Assembly: GCA_963722255.1 (NCBI GenBank)
Contig: CAVRJO010000002.1
Span: 224,001 to 288,000, forward strand
Source: Candidatus Babeliales bacterium
GTDB taxonomy: Bacteria > Babelota > Babeliae > Babelales > JANWKD01
DNA: 64,000 nt
Direction: 5' to 3'
The translations under genes were made by a program, and so were the position numbers. Positions 24,407 to 34,590 of this stretch are shown here, piece after piece (within the stretch, counting starts at the first letter, position 1; every line of letters starts with the position of its first letter). The notes beneath the pieces are model-generated. The model worked only from the letters and a program-made list of their open reading frames with translations, was not told the origin of the DNA and did no database searches.

Positions 24407-26296
24407 ATCGGGTAGGAGCGAGTGATTAACTCGCGTCCTCCCACACCACCGTACGTACCGTTCGGTATACGGCGGTTCATGTCGATACTTTCGCGAGCAT
24501 CTCATAATATCTTTCAACAAGACTTACAAGCCCTTGCTCTCGCCAATAAGCGAGGCCGAGGGCTTTGTTTATTTGTGGAGTATTTGCCAGCCGCCAGTAT
24601 TTCTTGTCTGAGAATGCTATGCGTCCTGCCCATTTTCCTTCGATTCCTAGGTCTTTTAACTTTGCAAGCTTGGTTTTCCCTAACTTCCATTGTTTCAATA
24701 AACACATTCTCAATCTTCTGCGTATCCATTCGTCAAGTTCCTGGAGCACACTCTTTGTTTCGATAATACCGAAATATCCAATCCATCCAATGAGATACTC
24801 ATTGAGCTTCTTCAGTCGTTCTTTCATAGATATACCCCAATTGCGCTTCGTTAACTCGCGAATCTTCTCCTTAAACTTTATTCTGGTTTTGGGAGCGATT
24901 CGCAGCTTTACTTGCCAGCCAAAGGTGAATGAGAATCCTAGGAACTTTCTTCTCGATGGATAGTCTATTGCACTCTTTTGTACATTTATATTGAGCTTCA
25001 ATCGTTCTTGTAGAAACTTCATTATACTTGCATACACTCTTTGTCCCGCTCGCTTGCTTGCTACGTAGATGTTGCAGTCATCGGCGTATCGAACAAAAGA
25101 GTGTCCTCTTTGTGTAAGTTCTTTATCAAGATCATTCAGTATGATATTTGATAGCAGGGGACTTATTGGGCCACCTTGCGGTGTCCCGTCCTCTGATCTC
25201 ACATGACATCCATTGAGCATTACTCCCGATTGCAAGTATTTGCGGATAATTGCGTGTATGCGTTTATCTTCGACATGTTGTGCTATTTTCGACATCAGTA
25301 TGTCGTGATTTACACGGTCAAAGAATTTCTCGAGATCGATATCCACCACAATTTTCTTTCCGTGTTGGATATAGGTTTGGGCTTTATGCACAGCTTGCCG
25401 TGCACTTTTGCCTGGTCTAAATCCATAACTGAATTCTGAAAATGTAGCTTCAAATATTGGTGTCAAGACTTGTTGGATTGCCTGTTGGATAAAGCGATCA
25501 AGTACCGTTGGAATTCCTAATTCACGCACTCCACCGTCTTGTTTCGGAATTTCGACTCGACGTACGGGAGCTGGTTTATAGGTTCCGTCAAGAAGCTCTT
25601 GTTTGATGCGATTCCAATGCTCATTCAGATATGGAAGCAGTTCATTGACCTGCATATTATCCACACCCGCCGAGCCTTTGTTTCTTTCCACTCGTTTGAG
25701 TGCCTTCTTGAGATTATCGTACTCTACCACTTTCTCCATCAGTTGATTATTATGATTTGCCAAGATATGTTTGTTGATTTGTGTCATAAGTTTGCTCAGT
25801 ACCTCATCAGGACCTGGTAGAATTCACTACCGCCTCTCAGTGATGGTTCGATTTTTTTTTTTCGATTTTCTACTTTCATTGCATTCTCGATGTACGTATC
25901 AATCATATCTTTATCGCTCATGTTCAGGCCTTCCCGATTTTTTTTTTCGGTACTATGCCATCTGCTGACTTCTGTCCCTCAACCTCTATTTTCACAGAGG
26001 GTTGCCAACTTAGTCGGCGTGGAAACAGATCTCCCCGGGTAATTGCGCGCCCTTTCACCTCATCTACCTGCTCTATTTACTCTCGATAGTTTTGGCAACC
26101 ATGGCTTTTGTCTTACTTGGCAGACTCATCCGCTATCGCTAGCCTCGCATAGAGTTCGTATACCTCAGGCCAAGGTTTTGCTGCCGGCTTCCTTCAGATT
26201 TCACCTCGCGATGAACACCCTTGCCTTAGGCTAATGACTTCGTTGCCTTCGTCATTCCGGACTTTCACCGGTAGGTCGCGCCCATGCCGGGCGCAC
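24407..26296 (-). mobile_element. Group II intron, class C (IIC), about 1890 nt
   Basis: 5' end GTGCGCCCGGCATGGG directly after a terminator; short domain V GAACCGCCGTATACCGAACGGTACGTACGGTGGT with CGC triad; domain VI ending CTACCCGAT. Confidence 0.93.
24477..25787 (-). CDS. ltrA: Group II intron reverse transcriptase/maturase without endonuclease domain
   Basis: RELGIPTVLDR, SYGFRP, GTPQGGPISPLL, RYADD, then domain X; the stop codon abuts domain V. Confidence 0.95.
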   Translation of the reverse strand: MTQINKHILANHNNQLMEKVVEYDNLKKALKRVERNKGSAGVDNMQVNELLPYLNEHWNRIKQELLDGTYKPAPVRRVEIPKQDGGVRELGIPTVLDRFIQQAIQQVLTPIFEATFSEFSYGFRPGKSARQAVHKAQTYIQHGKKIVVDIDLEKFFDRVNHDILMSKIAQHVEDKRIHAIIRKYLQSGVMLNGCHVRSEDGTPQGGPISPLLSNIILNDLDKELTQRGHSFVRYADDCNIYVASKRAGQRVYASIMKFLQERLKLNINVQKSAIDYPSRRKFLGFSFTFGWQVKLRIAPKTRIKFKEKIRELTKRNWGISMKERLKKLNEYLIGWIGYFGIIETKSVLQELDEWIRRRLRMCLLKQWKLGKTKLAKLKDLGIEGKWAGRIAFSDKKYWRLANTPQINKALGLAYWREQGLVSLVERYYEMLAKVST

Positions 26297-26297
26297 C

Positions 26298-26326
26298 AAA
26301 AAAAAGGCGAAGAAAGATTCTTCGCC
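26298..26326 (-). terminator. rplM intrinsic terminator, the intron target site
   Basis: Minus strand GGCGAAGAA-TCT-TTCTTCGCC followed by a T tract, then G|GTGCG. Confidence 0.88.
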
Positions 26327-26351
26327 CTAAATTTACTGACCAGATTAAAAG

Positions 26352-26807
26352 TTATGCTTTTTTGATAGCTTCAGCTTTCTTTTCAGCATTAACTTGTGCT
26401 TGGTGAGGATGGTCTTTACCAATATACACTTTCAATTTATCTAACACGGCACGACCCATTTTAGACTTTGGCAACATTCTTTTTACTGCAAGTCTAATTA
26501 CTTCAGTAGCATCCTTTTCCATCATTTCTCTTGCGGTTTTAACTTTATAACCACCAATCCACCCTGAATAGCTATCATAAATTTTTGTATCTAATTTATT
26601 GCCACTCAAAACGATTTTTTCAGCATTCGTAACAATTACGTAATCACCGGCATCGGTATGAGGGGTATAACTTGGAAGATGTTTACCACGCAGCATATCT
26701 GCAATTTTTGTAGCAAGCCTACCCAAGATCTCGCCTTCTGCATCAAGCTCAATCCAATGAGGCGCTCTATCCTCTTTCCTGACATAGAATGTTCTATTCA
26801 TACTCAT
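26352..26807 (-). CDS. rplM: 50S ribosomal protein L13
   Basis: LGRLAT, LRGKHLPSYTPHTDAGDYV, AVKRMLPK. Confidence 0.96.
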   Translation of the reverse strand: MSMNRTFYVRKEDRAPHWIELDAEGEILGRLATKIADMLRGKHLPSYTPHTDAGDYVIVTNAEKIVLSGNKLDTKIYDSYSGWIGGYKVKTAREMMEKDATEVIRLAVKRMLPKSKMGRAVLDKLKVYIGKDHPHQAQVNAEKKAEAIKKA

Positions 26808-27010
26808 AGTAAAAAAATTCCTTACCGATAAATATTTGTTTAATTTTTAATTTTTTGCTTACAAACGAACAGGTTAATAGCTTTTATAGTAAATAAAATT
26901 TGGAACAAGGTCAAATAAATAGTTCAAAATACTATGCATACGCATTCTTTATTTATATACTATTAGTAATGTTAGTTTATTAAAGCATCATCCAATCTTA
27001 AGGAATTAGA

Positions 27011-28606
27011 ATGCACACCAGTTGGATTGTCCTTGTACCGCCTATTGCCGTCTTGGCAACGTCATTCATAACAAAAAAAATTTTACCATCGTTGATGCTT
27101 GGTATTGCGTTATCAGCATTCATTGTAAAAGATTTTAATCCTTTAAACACCTTATTAAAAATCGGTGCTGTTTTTCTAGAACAACTTACCACTTTAGATA
27201 CCCTCTATATTTTTCTTTTTTTGCTCTTTTTGGGTGCATTGATTTCTCTCATTACCATTACGGGCGGAACTCAAGCCTATGCAAATCTCATACAAAACAA
27301 AATTAAAACCGCTCGGGGGGCAGAATCAGCTACCATCCTTCTTTCACTTGTTCTTTTATTTGATGATTTTTTTAGCAGCATTACCGTTGGTTCTATTATG
27401 AAACCAATAACCGACACTTTTAGCATCGCTCGAGTAAAATTGGCCTTTTTGATCGATTCTATGGCAGCACCGCTTGTTGTCTTAATGCCCATTTCTAGTT
27501 GGATTGCAACGCTTACTATGCAACTTTCAAAAGCAGGCATCGGGCATAATCTCGCTCAAAATCCTCTTGTTCTAGGCGAACCTTATTGGATTTATCTTAA
27601 CATAATACCTTATATATTTTATTCACTTTTTCTAATTGTATCGGTATTTATTATTGTCACGCTGCAATTGTCATTTGGACCTATGAAACGGCACGAGCTC
27701 ATTGCTCAGCAAACTAAAGATCTTTTCGGCGGAAAAAAACCGGTAAGCAGTATTATTGAAACACTTCCATCACGCAAAGGCTCTTTAAGCGATTTTCTCA
27801 TTCCCTTAATAATGTTGCTTTTTACAACATTTTCTGCCCTACTTTATTCGGGAAACTACCGTTTATTCCATGGACATAATTCATTTTTACAATCGCTCCA
27901 TCAAGCAAATATTTTTTATTCTCTTTTCTTAGGAAGCCTCATTACCCTTGCTCTTTGCATTATCTATTTTTTAGCACAAAAAAAGATTAACTATTCGGAT
28001 GTTATTATCATTAACAAATCAAGTATAGATCTTATGGGAACTTCTATTGCAATTTTATTTTGCTCGTGGGCATTCAGTAGTCTTTTGCTTAATGACTTAC
28101 AAAGCGGTAGCTATCTAGCTCATCTTCTAATTGGAAACGTTTCAATTAACTTTTTGCCTTGCATTTTTTTTATTGCATCATCAATAACTTCAATTAGCAT
28201 CGGTTCATCGTGGGGTACGATTGCAATTTTAACACCCCTTGCAATTCCCATGCTCATTGATTTTGCTGCATTACAGACTCCAACAACCCCAGAAATGTTG
28301 CCTCTGCTTTTTCCACTGTTAGGTGCAATATTTGCAGGCGCCGTAGCAGGCGATCATGTTTCGCCGCTTTCTAGCACAACCATAATGTCAGCTCTAAGCA
28401 GCGGAACACATCTTGAAGACCATATACATACGCAAGCGCTTTACGCGCTTCCGGCATTTGTTGCAACAATCATAGCATATCTTTTAGCAGGATTTTTAGC
28501 ACCATATAACCGCACGCTAGGTTGGTTATTCAGTATTATTGTAGGACTCGTTATATGTGCATATCTCTTACTGCAAGCACATTATAGTTCAAAAAAATCA
28601 AAATAA
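27011..28606 (+). CDS. NhaC-family Na+/H+ antiporter-like transporter
   Basis: Polytopic; FDDF, LAFLIDSMAAP, GSSWGT, GAVAGDHVSPLSSTTIMS motifs. Confidence 0.85.
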   Translation: MHTSWIVLVPPIAVLATSFITKKILPSLMLGIALSAFIVKDFNPLNTLLKIGAVFLEQLTTLDTLYIFLFLLFLGALISLITITGGTQAYANLIQNKIKTARGAESATILLSLVLLFDDFFSSITVGSIMKPITDTFSIARVKLAFLIDSMAAPLVVLMPISSWIATLTMQLSKAGIGHNLAQNPLVLGEPYWIYLNIIPYIFYSLFLIVSVFIIVTLQLSFGPMKRHELIAQQTKDLFGGKKPVSSIIETLPSRKGSLSDFLIPLIMLLFTTFSALLYSGNYRLFHGHNSFLQSLHQANIFYSLFLGSLITLALCIIYFLAQKKINYSDVIIINKSSIDLMGTSIAILFCSWAFSSLLLNDLQSGSYLAHLLIGNVSINFLPCIFFIASSITSISIGSSWGTIAILTPLAIPMLIDFAALQTPTTPEMLPLLFPLLGAIFAGAVAGDHVSPLSSTTIMSALSSGTHLEDHIHTQALYALPAFVATIIAYLLAGFLAPYNRTLGWLFSIIVGLVICAYLLLQAHYSSKKSK

Positions 28607-28609
28607 TTG

Positions 28610-28882
28610 TTAGCTTTCAGCTGTAGTTTCAGCATATTTCTTTTCGAGCTCTTCCCATCTATTTTGCGCTTTTTCACCAAAATATGGAATTCCATTCACA
28701 AGCGCAAAATAGATTGCACCATCCTCGTACCGATATTGTTTTGCTGTATAAACCTCGTCATATAATGTCTTATAGATTATCCAATCATTGTATTCTACAT
28801 ACATGATTAGATCCCCTTCAGTAGCTCTCAAGGGCAACAAAAAAAATGACACTACAAAAGTAAGCTTTACTAATAACTTCAC
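28610..28882 (-). CDS. Small exported hypothetical protein
   Basis: GTG start with AAGGAG RBS; signal peptide (LRA). Confidence 0.65.
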   Translation of the reverse strand: MKLLVKLTFVVSFFLLPLRATEGDLIMYVEYNDWIIYKTLYDEVYTAKQYRYEDGAIYFALVNGIPYFGEKAQNRWEELEKKYAETTAES

Positions 28883-28962
28883 AAACGTCTCCTTTTATGA
28901 CTAACAAAGCAAACACAATTGTTTTATTCATTTCAATATTGATACTCTCAATTTTATTCTTT

Positions 28963-30267
28963 CTACTTTTTTTCTAATGCATAGGCAAGAGCTTTTTCAA
29001 TATCTTTTGATTCTTTCGGCAAATTTTCACTAAGGCAAAGAGCACCGTCAGACACAATCCAATAATCATCTTCAATACGTATACCGATAGATTCTTCAGG
29101 AATATAAATACCCGGCTCAATAGTAATGACATCACCCTACTTCAAAGGCTGAGAATAATCACCAACATCATGAACATCTAATCCTAAAAAGTGCCCTATA
29201 CCATGGATACAATATTCGCCATAGCCATGGTCCTCAATAAATTTTTTTGCTAAATGGTTAAGCGATTGATCCGGTTCATTTTTATTTGAAAGCCACACGC
29301 CCGGTTTTGCCAAATTTGCAATATATGCCTGTGTTTGCAAAACAAGTTCATATACTTCTTTTTGGCGTTGCGTGAAACTACCTGAAACGGGATATGTTCT
29401 TGTTAGATCAGCGCAATAGGAATTATAGCGTGCACCAATATCAACAACTACTAAATCTCCCGAAACAAGAGTTCGCTTATTTTCCATATAGTGTAAAATT
29501 GTTGAATTTTTTCCGCTTGCAACAATAGATGAAAATGCAGCAGTTGCACCGCTAATAGTATAATGATATTCAATAAGAGCCTGCAGCTCATTCTCTTTTT
29601 TACCCGGTTCCATCAACTGCATCGTCGCTTCTTGTGCATCAATAGTAATTTCAATTGCTTTATACAACTGCTCAATTTCAAATTTACTCTTTTTACGACG
29701 CATTTGAGCTACAAGAGAAGAAATATCACACAGTGATTGTTTTAGCGAGGGAATAATTTCTACAATTCGCTGTAGAACGAAACGCTGTTCAATATAGTCA
29801 CTGGCATTAGAAGGATTAAGCGTATAGAGTTTGCGTCCTTGTCCAATTGAATCTTCAATTAGTTTAAGCAACTGTTCATATTCACGATGTGTAAAAAAAG
29901 GATGGCATTGATAGCCAACACATTGATTACCAAGATATTTGATTTCATCAACGTGAAATTCTTGTGCTTTTTCTTCACTTGCTTCAATTGCATCCGCTAC
30001 CCATTTTGCACGTTCTTTTCCAAAATTTGGAACAAATAACGTCGATCTACCAGTCTCAATATCAATCCACAATGCCGCTGCAGGTTCTTGAAGGCCGGTA
30101 TAATAAAAAAACGAGGAATCTTGTTTGAAAACATATCCATCTCGTTCAAAATTAGCAAATAAAACTATTGTGCCTTGCGTGATTTCATATTTTTGTTTAA
30201 CCAATGCTATAAGTTCAGTACGTCGCTCATGAAACATATAAAATTTATGATGAGGTGATGATGTCAT
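28963..30267 (-). CDS. pepP: Xaa-Pro aminopeptidase (M24B) with an in-frame TAG at 29137-29139
   Basis: FKQDSSFFYYTG, DIGA, ADLTRT, HGIGHFLGLDVHD; the same frame continues GDVITIEPGIY...GIRIEDD past the TAG. Confidence 0.9.
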
Positions 30268-30365
30268 TGAAAACTCCAAAAAGTAGGTTATAATCTTTGT
30301 AAGTATTCCATTCCGATTTCTTTTTTGCAAATTATCAAAACAATAAAACAATGAAAGGATCTTTC

Positions 30366-30812
30366 GTGAAATTAGTACGATTTAGCCTACTATCAATTTT
30401 TTTTGCAACTTCTCTCACAAGCCTTAAAGCTATGCAAGGTAAACCGCCATGCGACTTAAGCGCAGTAGCCAGACCTCAGGACTTAAAATTCCTCGTCGGA
30501 GTTAATGCCTATAGCCCTAATCTTTTAAAAATTGACGCTTTAATCAATGCTTTGCTTAAAAGTACATATGAGGAAAAAATGGAAGAATTAGGAAAGTTTT
30601 CAAATACAGCTCTAGAAAATCTCGTATCAGCTATTGAACGAAATAAAAGTCTTCTTACAATAGATATTGAACGGAAAAAACATCTTTTTCAAGAAAAAGA
30701 AATCCAAGAAAAAATAGAAAATAGAAATCAACTCCGTTTTTTAGAGCTTTTCATACTCGAATATTTCATACATCCAAACAAAGATGTCACAGAAGCTGAA
30801 AAATCCTTGTAA
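30366..30812 (+). CDS. Exported hypothetical protein, paralog of 31032-31616
   Basis: GTG start with AAAGGA; signal peptide LKA-MQG; PPCDLSAVA motif. Confidence 0.75.
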   Translation: MKLVRFSLLSIFFATSLTSLKAMQGKPPCDLSAVARPQDLKFLVGVNAYSPNLLKIDALINALLKSTYEEKMEELGKFSNTALENLVSAIERNKSLLTIDIERKKHLFQEKEIQEKIENRNQLRFLELFILEYFIHPNKDVTEAEKSL

Positions 30813-30839
30813 ACTACAGCAAAAAAGTTTATGTACTAC

Positions 30840-30870
30840 AGCCGGCAAGAAATTTCTTGCCGGCTTTTTT
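30840..30870 (+). terminator. Intrinsic terminator
   Basis: AGCCGGCAAGAA-AT-TTCTTGCCGGCT followed by a T tract. Confidence 0.85.
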
Positions 30871-31031
30871 ATGTTATACAATCGTATCTGATTTCAATTT
30901 TAAAATAATAGGCGTCCTTAAAAACAGTAATTAATATAATAATATTTGTAATTTATTGAACTAGAATAGAAATATATGCTATACTAAAAAATAATAAAAT
31001 TATTTACCATTAATAATGTGAGGAGTTTATT

Positions 31032-31616
31032 ATGAAGCTATTTAAAACAACTTTTTTAATAACTGTTTTAGCTATTTCTTATGTTTCTATAGAAGCGATG
31101 GAAGGACAGCCTCCAAGGCAAAATCGACCTCCATGTGATATAAGCGCAGTCGCTCAACCTACTACTAAAGTACGTCATATTCAATATGGCTGGGAAGGAC
31201 CAATCGTATACGAGTCTCTCTCACCCTCAGAACTTGAAATTTTAGCACGTAAAAAAGAGCAAGAAGAAGCCGCTGAAAAAGCCGCAATCGAACGTCAAGA
31301 AGCCCGCGCGCTCCATGCAAGAACCATGAAACCATTACAACAAGGCTCGGCCAATGTTCTTATAGAAAATTTATTACAAAATCTTGATGACATTGATACA
31401 GTCCAAAATGCCGTCAACTCCTACGCATTAGCTATTAAAACATTACTTCTTGATCAAATTGAAACAAAAAAAGCACTTCTTGATATCAATAACGCAGAAG
31501 AAAAAAAGAAAATCGAAGAGCTGAATACTTTAGAATCTATTGTTAATCAAGCTTTAGAAAAAGAAAGCAAAGAAGCTGCAAAAGAAGAAGAAGAGTCAAC
31601 GGAAAAAGAACTTTAA
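31032..31616 (+). CDS. Exported coiled-coil hypothetical protein
   Basis: GAGGAG RBS; signal peptide IEA-MEG; PPCDISAVA motif. Confidence 0.8.
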   Translation: MKLFKTTFLITVLAISYVSIEAMEGQPPRQNRPPCDISAVAQPTTKVRHIQYGWEGPIVYESLSPSELEILARKKEQEEAAEKAAIERQEARALHARTMKPLQQGSANVLIENLLQNLDDIDTVQNAVNSYALAIKTLLLDQIETKKALLDINNAEEKKKIEELNTLESIVNQALEKESKEAAKEEEESTEKEL

Positions 31617-31648
31617 CAATAAAAATAAAGGCTTGCATAAAATATAAT

Positions 31649-32560
31649 AGACCTCTTCTGAAACTCATTTAACCAACTCAAAATTATAGATACCCGCAAT
31701 AAGATTGAAACGGAGCCCAAATCTTTTTCGTCGATTGCGATATTTGTCAGCAACTATTTTAAAACGTTTTATCATACCAATTACATGCTCATTTAAAACA
31801 CGCTGGCTTGATAATTCTCTATTTCGTTGTTTATCTGTTAATGTTAAAGGATTTTTTTTACTTTTTTTCTTTGGCATAGAAGTATTATTATGAATTTTTT
31901 TTAGACCTAAATAACCTGTATCTGTAAGAACTTCAGTAGATTTTGCGAAGTGAATTTTTGAAGTTTTGAAGAGTTTAAAATCATGTCGTTTACCATCTGA
32001 AAAATTTGTACAAACAATTTCTTTTGTTTTTTTGTTTACAACTACCTGAGTTTTTATAGTATGACGTTTTTTCTTACCGGAATAAAATTTCCGCTGTTTT
32101 TTTTAGGACGTTCAATAGGACTTTCAGTTGCATCTATTAAAATAACTTCAAATTCATTATCGCTTTTCAGTAGCGCTTTTCTGCCAGGCAATCTAAATTC
32201 TTTGCTTTGAATAAGAGTATTTTCAACCCATCGTATTGCTTCAAATGCATTGCTTTCAGCAATGCCATAACTTGTCGCAATATGAAGATACGTTCGATAT
32301 TCCCGTATATATTCAAGAGTCATCAAAAGCATTTCTTCAATACTGAGCTTATTTGGACGTCCTCCCTTTGCCTTTTTTATTTTTTGCGCTTCTTTTAAAA
32401 TAGAAACCAATACTTCAAATGTTTTTCGTTTTACTCCAGTTACTCTTCTAAAGTTTTTTTCTGATGAAATTTTTAATTTTTCATACTTCATAATCGCTTA
32501 CCCTTTTTTTATAAATCGATTATGATTATGCCATAAAATTTATAGTTTCAGAAGAGGTCT
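31649..32560 (-). mobile_element. IS5-family (ISL2-group) insertion sequence, copy 2 (inverted)
   Basis: Same terminal repeats, 912 bp, AAT duplication, ORF translations identical to copy 1. Confidence 0.93.
31665..32491 (-). CDS. DDE transposase (probable -1 frameshift)
   Basis: Same translations as 1786-2612. Confidence 0.88.
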
Positions 32561-32580
32561 AATGCAAGCCTTGGACTATT

Positions 32581-33971
32581 CTATAACTCAGACTTCAACT
32601 TCTGAATGCACTTATTAATCTTTCCAGCGCCTTGCAATAACACTAAATCATCAGGTTCAACAATAGAATCTAAATAGTTTTTAATACCGCTAAATTCAGT
32701 ATCATAAGGAATATAGGTTATTCTATATCCCGGTTTTAAAGCTTCTAATTCACGCGCAAATCGTTCAGCAGTAATATCTGCAATCGGCAATTCACTTGCT
32801 GCATAAATATCAGTTACCACCAAATTATCTAAAGGAAAATCTTTAAAGGTTTCTAAAAACAGATTCCATAGTTTATCAGTTCTTGTATACCGATGAGGCT
32901 CAAAAACAACGGTTAATTTCTTTTTTTTCTTTTATAAGCAACGGCAATAGTATTTTTTATCTCTTCTGGATGATGCCCATAATCATCAAAAAGTTCAGCA
33001 CCTTTATATAATCCGTTATAACTAAAGCGTCGTTCAACGCCTTTAAATGATTCCAGTGCTTTTTGAATAACATCACAAGAGATTTCCAATTCCAAAGCGA
33101 GTGCAATAGCAGCTAAACTATTTAAAACGTTATGACGGCCTGGCATATTTGTTGTAAATAGCCCCAAGAACTCATTTTTATAATATAATGAAAACTGTGA
33201 ATGATCCGATTCAAGCACAACTTCTTGAGCATAACAATCGGCCCAGCTTTCAAATCCATAGGTAATTGTTTTACTATGCGTTAAAGGTAACAATGATCGA
33301 ACCTGTTCATTATCAACACACACTATAGCAACACCATAAAATGGTAAGTTATCTAAAAATTGTTTAAAAGTCGCTTTAATATCATCAATATCTTTATAGG
33401 TATCTAAATGCTCCAAATTAATATTGGTCACTACCGCAATTGTTGCTTGTAAATGCACCAATGAACGATCACTCTCATCTGCTTCTGCAACTAAAAAATC
33501 TCCTAATCCAAACTGTGCATTCGTTGAAATAGTTTTTAATCGACCGCCAATAATTACGGTAGGGTCCTTTTGTGCTTCAATAAGAATATGGGATATCAAT
33601 GATGTTGTCGTCGTTTTACCATGGCTTCCGGCAATAGCGATACTATATTTGGTACGCATTAATTCTGCTAACATCAATGCACGTGGGATCGTGGGTATTT
33701 TTCTTTCTTGTGCCGCAACAATCTCCGGATTATCTGCTTGAATTGCAGAAGAATAGACCAAAACATCAATTGAATGATCTTTACATGCTGAGGAATTATT
33801 TCCCTGATAAATAGTACACCCTATACTTTCTAAATCATGGATACTTTGTTGATCGACATCATTATCGCATCCTGATATTATATAGCCTTGGTAGCGCAAA
33901 ATCTTTGCAATACCACTCATGCCTATACCACCAATGCCAATAAAATGCACGTGAACTTTTTTTCTATACAT
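32581..33971 (-). CDS. murC: UDP-N-acetylmuramate--L-alanine ligase, with one frameshift in an A run near 32920
   Basis: GIGGIGMSG, GSHGKTTT, EADESD, DDYGHHP; continues KLTVVFEPHRYTRT...GAG in another frame. Confidence 0.93.
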
Positions 33972-34072
33972 TCATTTTCCTAATCTGTAATAATTCTGTA
34001 ATTCCTTTTAAAATAACAAAAATATACAGATGAGAAAACTAATAAAAGACGACAAAGTACAAAAAAAATAAA

Positions 34073-34441
34073 CTACAGCATTTCTCGAAACTTAATAAGC
34101 TTTTTTTGTAACTCAACAAGGTCGCTCATAATTGATAATGGCTTTTCATGAACTTTACTTACAACCGATTCATTATCCATTGTTGTCATTTCTGCGACCG
34201 TATATGATTTCTCATTTTTTAATGCCTCTTTTGCACCTGCAATAGTAAATTTTTTGTCATATAAGAGTTCTTTTATCTTCTGAAAAGCCGAAAGATGTTT
34301 TTGATCATAAAAGCGTTGCCCACCTTCAGAACGCGAAGCCTTTATATTAAACTCTTTTTCCCAAAAACGAATAACAAATGATTCAACATTTAAATTATGC
34401 GCTAATTGACCTATACGAAAGCGTTGTTTACCCATTTTCAT
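34073..34441 (-). CDS. MerR-family transcriptional regulator
   Basis: FRIGQLA...VIRFWEKEF...RSEGGQRFY...FTIAGAK. Confidence 0.88.
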   Translation of the reverse strand: MKMGKQRFRIGQLAHNLNVESFVIRFWEKEFNIKASRSEGGQRFYDQKHLSAFQKIKELLYDKKFTIAGAKEALKNEKSYTVAEMTTMDNESVVSKVHEKPLSIMSDLVELQKKLIKFREML

Positions 34442-34590
34442 TTTTTTACTCCTTTTGTAACATTAATCAATTTTATCATTCATTACATCTCTCTAGTACA
34501 AACTAATTTCCTTCTAGCCCAAAAAGCAATTCTTTGCTATCTTAAGCATGTCCAATTAAAGCAAAAACGTATAAATAAAGGTTTATCTGT

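Noticed and set aside
24477..25787. Retron, DGR or defence-associated reverse transcriptase
   Set aside because: Clear group II intron 5' end, domains V and VI, YADD and maturase domain; no template/variable repeat pair or msr-msd seen.
1717..32560. Composite transposon formed by the two inverted IS copies
   Set aside because: Each copy has its own AAT duplication, the hairpin around copy 2 is restored by its own two flanks, and the enclosed DNA is core genome.
32905..32935. Phase variation or pseudogenisation of murC (and of the uvrA-like gene near 57465)
   Set aside because: Single indels in A homopolymers, in an assembly with evident indel errors; cannot be supported without reads.
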